Shown here: in pieces, positions 59,706-64,000 of the stretch | How the letters are laid out: each line of letters begins with the position of its first letter | Position numbering within the stretch: position 1 is the first letter of the stretch | NCBI GenBank assembly: GCA_030141605.1 | Contig: JAQGDQ010000022.1 | Location: forward strand, 682,001 to 746,000 | Origin: Tubiluchus corallicola | Lineage: Eukaryota; Animalia; Priapulida | Direction: 5' to 3' | Length of the DNA: 64,000 nucleotides | Made by a program: the position numbers and the translations under genes | Notes under the pieces: generated by a model | What the model was told of the DNA's origin: nothing | The model's input: the letters and a program-made list of their open reading frames with translations, nothing else | The model's database searches: none

Positions 59706-61541
59706 AACTTGAAACACAAAATAAACAATTCCACAGAAAAATTAAATTATTTGGAATTTGAGCGTCTGTCTTTGTTCGACGCTGCGTTATTACACGTTAA
59801 ACCAAAACAATAAGTTCTTTTCAGAGAAAATGCTTTATAATCGGTAGATACCTTTCTTTCACTTCAGCTTTTTATTTTAATGTTTGAAATTAATCAAACT
59901 TTAGCTCCTACTAAATAAAGCCAAACAATGTAGTTGCGTCAAATACTGTTAGAAAAGTTTTTAGCTATCAAGAAATTTAGAAGAAACTTTTTGTCTCTTG
60001 ACACTTTTTTCGATTGATCTATGATTCTTCTATCATTGTTGTCGCTGTATAGTGGCAGGTGCAGGACACAGTTCTAAAGGGAGTCCTGGTGGTAATCAGC
60101 TAGGTTGTATGGAATGGTTGCAAGCTTTCTTAACAAGGTCTGTAAAAACAGAACTCGTTTGCACCTATTCTGACAGTTAGCTAACAATCTGCCAATTAAT
60201 ACTTTCGTCTTTTGTGCAAAAGCTGTGAAAAACTGAACATAAGCCATGTAATAAAACTTTGGTTCTCAATTAATAAATAAATATAAACATTATTAAAAAC
60301 CATTTTCGCTTTGTCAGTTCTGGAATCGGGACCTTGCTAAACCAGAAATGGATTTCAAAAACGTTCCAAAGCTAAAATGGATCTGAATAATGGACTGGTT
60401 ACAATTCACCTTGCTAAGATGAGGTTGAGTTGCAGTTTACTTGCAGTCCACAAGTATACTAATCACATAGCTTCTTCACCTCATTGTCGATGTGGAGCCA
60501 CCTTAACCTAGGCGGATCCTCTACGTTATTTTCTCAAGTGTTCTTTGTTTCAGAGTTTACGTATTGACATTATCAATCCACTTTCAGTTCATATTCATAA
60601 TGATGTTAATAACTTCATTTAAGTACTTCAGATGCTGCTTTAATTTTCAATACCTCAAATCACTTCCACTGTAACTCAGTTTCGGCATTCACCCATTTTC
60701 AATGTTTTATTTAACGGTAATGCATTGTAACGCAAAACAAACTTATGTACCATAATGTACGTAAGTCAAACTGTACTGTAGGAGAAAGCTTTAATATAGG
60801 TTTTTTTGAATATGTTAGCAAATTCTATTAACAATTCTTTCTGTTTTCCGTAGAATTTATGTACGTATGTAGTATATTGCAATTTTTTGATAAAACATAG
60901 TTTAATCAATAATGGGCCCACCACTCACTCGACGAAGAACGCAAGCTAACCCGTGGCTTCGAGCCACTAAAATCAAGATATCCTGATCACACTATTCATT
61001 TATTGAAAAGACCAATAAATTTACAAGTTCCACGCCTCTGTTACAAAAAACTTTACATCTTTCTTCTGAACGCAAGTAAGAATGGCACAGGAAAAATGGC
61101 ATTGTTAGTAAAATAAGAGTTTGGTGTTATTACGGTTTGGGATAATTATTTACCTCTGTTAAGGAAGTTATGTTTCAACACAGCTTTTTTGGTTGGTTGC
61201 TTTTGTCTTTTGTAGCGGTAAGCCTATTACATAACAACTGCCTAACAGATTTCCACGAAACTTTGTAGAGAAAGAACGGGTATAGGGTGCCAAAATAGGC
61301 GTTTTGATCCGTTTTTTCTGTAAGACTTGATCGAACACCACGTACAAAATCATTTGTGAAGCATTTCGTGGAGGTTTCAGATGGAGTATTTAATACTTCT
61401 TAATATTATCTCCACCAGACAAACAACTACGAGTTAGTTCCAGCTTCTATTTCAAGAAATTTTCTCTTGAAAAACTGTAATGCTGTCTATAACTTTTGTT
61501 TATTAATGTGTATAGCCTTATGAGCTGACGTGGTATATAAG

Positions 61542-61610
61542 TGTGTATATGTGTGTGTGTTTGTGTGCGTGTGCGTGCGTGTGTGTGTGCGTGCGTGTGT
61601 GTGCGTGCGT
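61542..61610. repeat. (TG)/(TGCG) microsatellite
   Basis: Directly visible. Confidence 0.9.
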
Positions 61611-62916
61611 CAATCTGTTACCTTTGCCAGAATTAAAGGTTAAAAAATGTAGGTATAAAAGTATGTGGAATATTCGTGAATTATTGATTGAAATTCTATT
61701 ATGTCTTTTGCAAGTCTATTGTATACCAGTGCATGTACATTTTGTATGTTTATCTTTGTTTTACGTTTTTAATCAAATGAATGAATTGTTCGGCCTTGGC
61801 AGTGATCTGCTTCCTAATGAGCACATTTAATTTTGTTATAGAAATCAATTCCATCAAAATAACATATGTGCATTTTTTCCTGTGCTATTTTTAACAATTT
61901 TTCCATTCTTTTCCTGTGTCATTTTTACCGTGCACGCTTTCTTTTACGCCAGTTTCTCGGAGGCTGTTGAAGTCGTTCGAACAAATTTAAATGCTATTGC
62001 CGGTATATTTGTAGTAACCTCTTTATTCCTTGATGTTACTTCACATTACCAAGAACCTCGAATAGGAATTTTAGTATCTGTAACAATATAGTGACATCAA
62101 AACATGAAAAATGTTAGCGAATTGAGATTTGGAGTCTGTTAATAGGAAAGGTCTCCTTTCTGAATTTTCTGTTAACATCTTTCTCTATAAAGGATTTTCA
62201 TATTTGACAGTAAAACATGAAAATTTTCGTACCTTGCGTCGATACTATACCGATTATTAGAAGACAATGATTAAATGCAACTATATTGTATGTCTGTGTC
62301 TAGATTGAACATAATTCACTAATGATAAGAATTAACAAAACGCATTTGTAAGATTTTATTATTAAATATTTGTTGTGTTTCAGTTTCTCATTGTGAGTTG
62401 TGATAACACAATTTATATGAAATGTATTTTGCAAATAGTCAGAAGTCACAAGATGAAAAATGCACGCCCATTTTTAGCTACAAATGTTGCAATCACCATT
62501 GCTGCTTATACTGTCACCAAATTAGTTTTGAAGTTGATAAGAGAAATTATTCAAATTCTAGATACTAAAAGCTTTTATTTCCGGTAACATGAAATGTTAT
62601 GCCTTTTTGCTATTTTTATAGACGTACGTGGTATAGCTTAGTACGAAAGAGAACTATAAATAAGCTACGATGATTTGGCATTGTGTTTGCAGCACGATGG
62701 AAAAGCTAAGAATAGTTAATTGCTGAAAACTTATTTTTACAGTATGATCATGTAAGGCAAGAAAGAAGACTACAAAGACTTAGTAGATACACCTTTTTAA
62801 ATTTTACATAAGAAAAACCACTAGTTGAAGTGTTTATAAATATTACAAAAGAAATTTCATTAGTAACATTTATTATAATATGTAAAACGTTTAAATAATT
62901 AGCAAAGTTCGGTTAA

Positions 62917-62986
62917 CATTACTGCTGCACTGAAACTGGCAATAATATACGCATTACTGCTGCACTGAAATTAGCAATAATATACG
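62917..62986. repeat. 35-bp tandem duplication
   Basis: CATTACTGCTGCACTGAAA(C/T)T(G/A)GCAATAATATACG x2. Confidence 0.9.
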
Positions 62987-63429
62987 CCTGCTTAGCGTAA
63001 ATGCAATGTAGGCCTACTTGTGCCAGAAAAAGTGCAAAATTTTTATTTGATGATTAAGATGAATATCTGAGATCAATTTTGGCATATTGCGTAACAACTT
63101 TAATACATGCGGATATTCTGGTAATAATTTTGTTAGTCTTGATTAAATGGCAGTCTAGTGTTGAACACTAGCTGTGTTTATTCATCAATGTATTATTGTC
63201 GTAAATTCTATTCAAAACTGCATAGCTGATCCAGAACTTTGGACGTCTTCTAATTCCCTTGCACAGAATGATTCGAACACTGTACTTCAGCTTAAAGACA
63301 GTCCTCTTCTATGTGCACGATAAACATTCCCTCTTTGTAAATACTGTAGAGGTGTTGCATAGCTAAGAAACGGTATTAGTGCCGTAATATTCGATTATAA
63401 ATGAATCTGGTTACTACCAATTTTCTGCC

Positions 63430-63550
63430 ATCCGATTGTAAGACTGTAAGAATGCATCTAAACGATAGGCATACAGAAATTCTTGTTTATGCACTTATTA
63501 TTTCCAAACTTGACAACTGCAATAGTCTGCTATGTGGTCTTCGAGAATGT
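63430..63550 (+). mobile_element. L2/CR1-type LINE ORF2 remnant
   Basis: VRMHLNDRHTEILVYALIISKLDNCNSLLCGL matches the conserved post-RT motif (LVHALVxSRLDYCNSLLxGL). Confidence 0.75.
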
Positions 63551-64000
63551 TTTCTTACTCCTTTTCTAACTGCAGCTTCAGGTCAACCAACAATCCACAT
63601 TTATATGTAGAAGGTGAGTTTCTTATGGCAACAGTTGTTCTTTGCAGTAGTACCTATTGTGCAATATCCTGCCAATGCTTATTCGATGTGTTGATTGTAA
63701 AAAAAAAATAATAAATTTTAAAAGTGTACTCAAAACTATTTTTTTAATTTAGAATTAGTTTTTTTAGTATTAATTAGATTGTAGTATACCTTACTGTAAT
63801 AAGTAGCATGTAGTAATCTCTGTAATATGTACTTTGATTTTCACATTGTTGAGCATGCGCCCAAACCAATATTAGTATAAACGACAGAACGGCTTTGATT
63901 TGGTGCGATGAACCTGAAATAAACTGATTATGTAATGTAAAAGAATCGCAAAACAAGAAGCAAGTGATTAACAATTAAGCAAGTGCGTTGAGAAAAACGA

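Noticed and set aside
60320-60720. Weak LINE-like translations here and at about 14220-14480, 41570-41740 and 42690-42830
   Set aside because: Similarity to RT C-terminal motifs is too faint to support without a search.

Overview
AT-rich, intron-containing genomic DNA from an invertebrate animal. The chitin deacetylase-like, cuticlin-like and NAT-like genes suggest a chitin-making protostome (inference). Five protein-coding genes can be assembled by hand from GT-AG splice sites with consistent phases: (1) a 5'-truncated FAM167-family gene (+, <1-4190, 3 exons seen); (2) a cuticlin-like ZP-domain membrane protein (-, 13058-4971, 9 coding exons); (3) a sclerostin/SOSTDC1-family cystine-knot protein (-, 34351-31662, 2 exons); (4) a CBM14-LDLa-chitin deacetylase-like gene (+, ~49787-55936) with four substituted catalytic/metal-site residues, probably a pseudoenzyme; (5) an SLC6 transporter with an intron-free CDS and a 264-bp x ~2.8 tandem-repeat acidic tail (-, 59705-56910). 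The two large intergenic regions hold microsatellites, LINE remnants, a 2.2-kb foldback-like element with long imperfect TIRs, a near-perfect 86-nt hairpin, a decayed orphan reading frame, a possible GPCR relic and a cluster of CTCF-like motifs. No CRISPR array, rRNA or intact tRNA gene was seen. Nothing here is demonstrably a new multi-gene system. The best leads are the pseudo-deacetylase, the repeat-tailed SLC6 and the hairpin. All calls come from manual reading and recalled family motifs, with no database searches.
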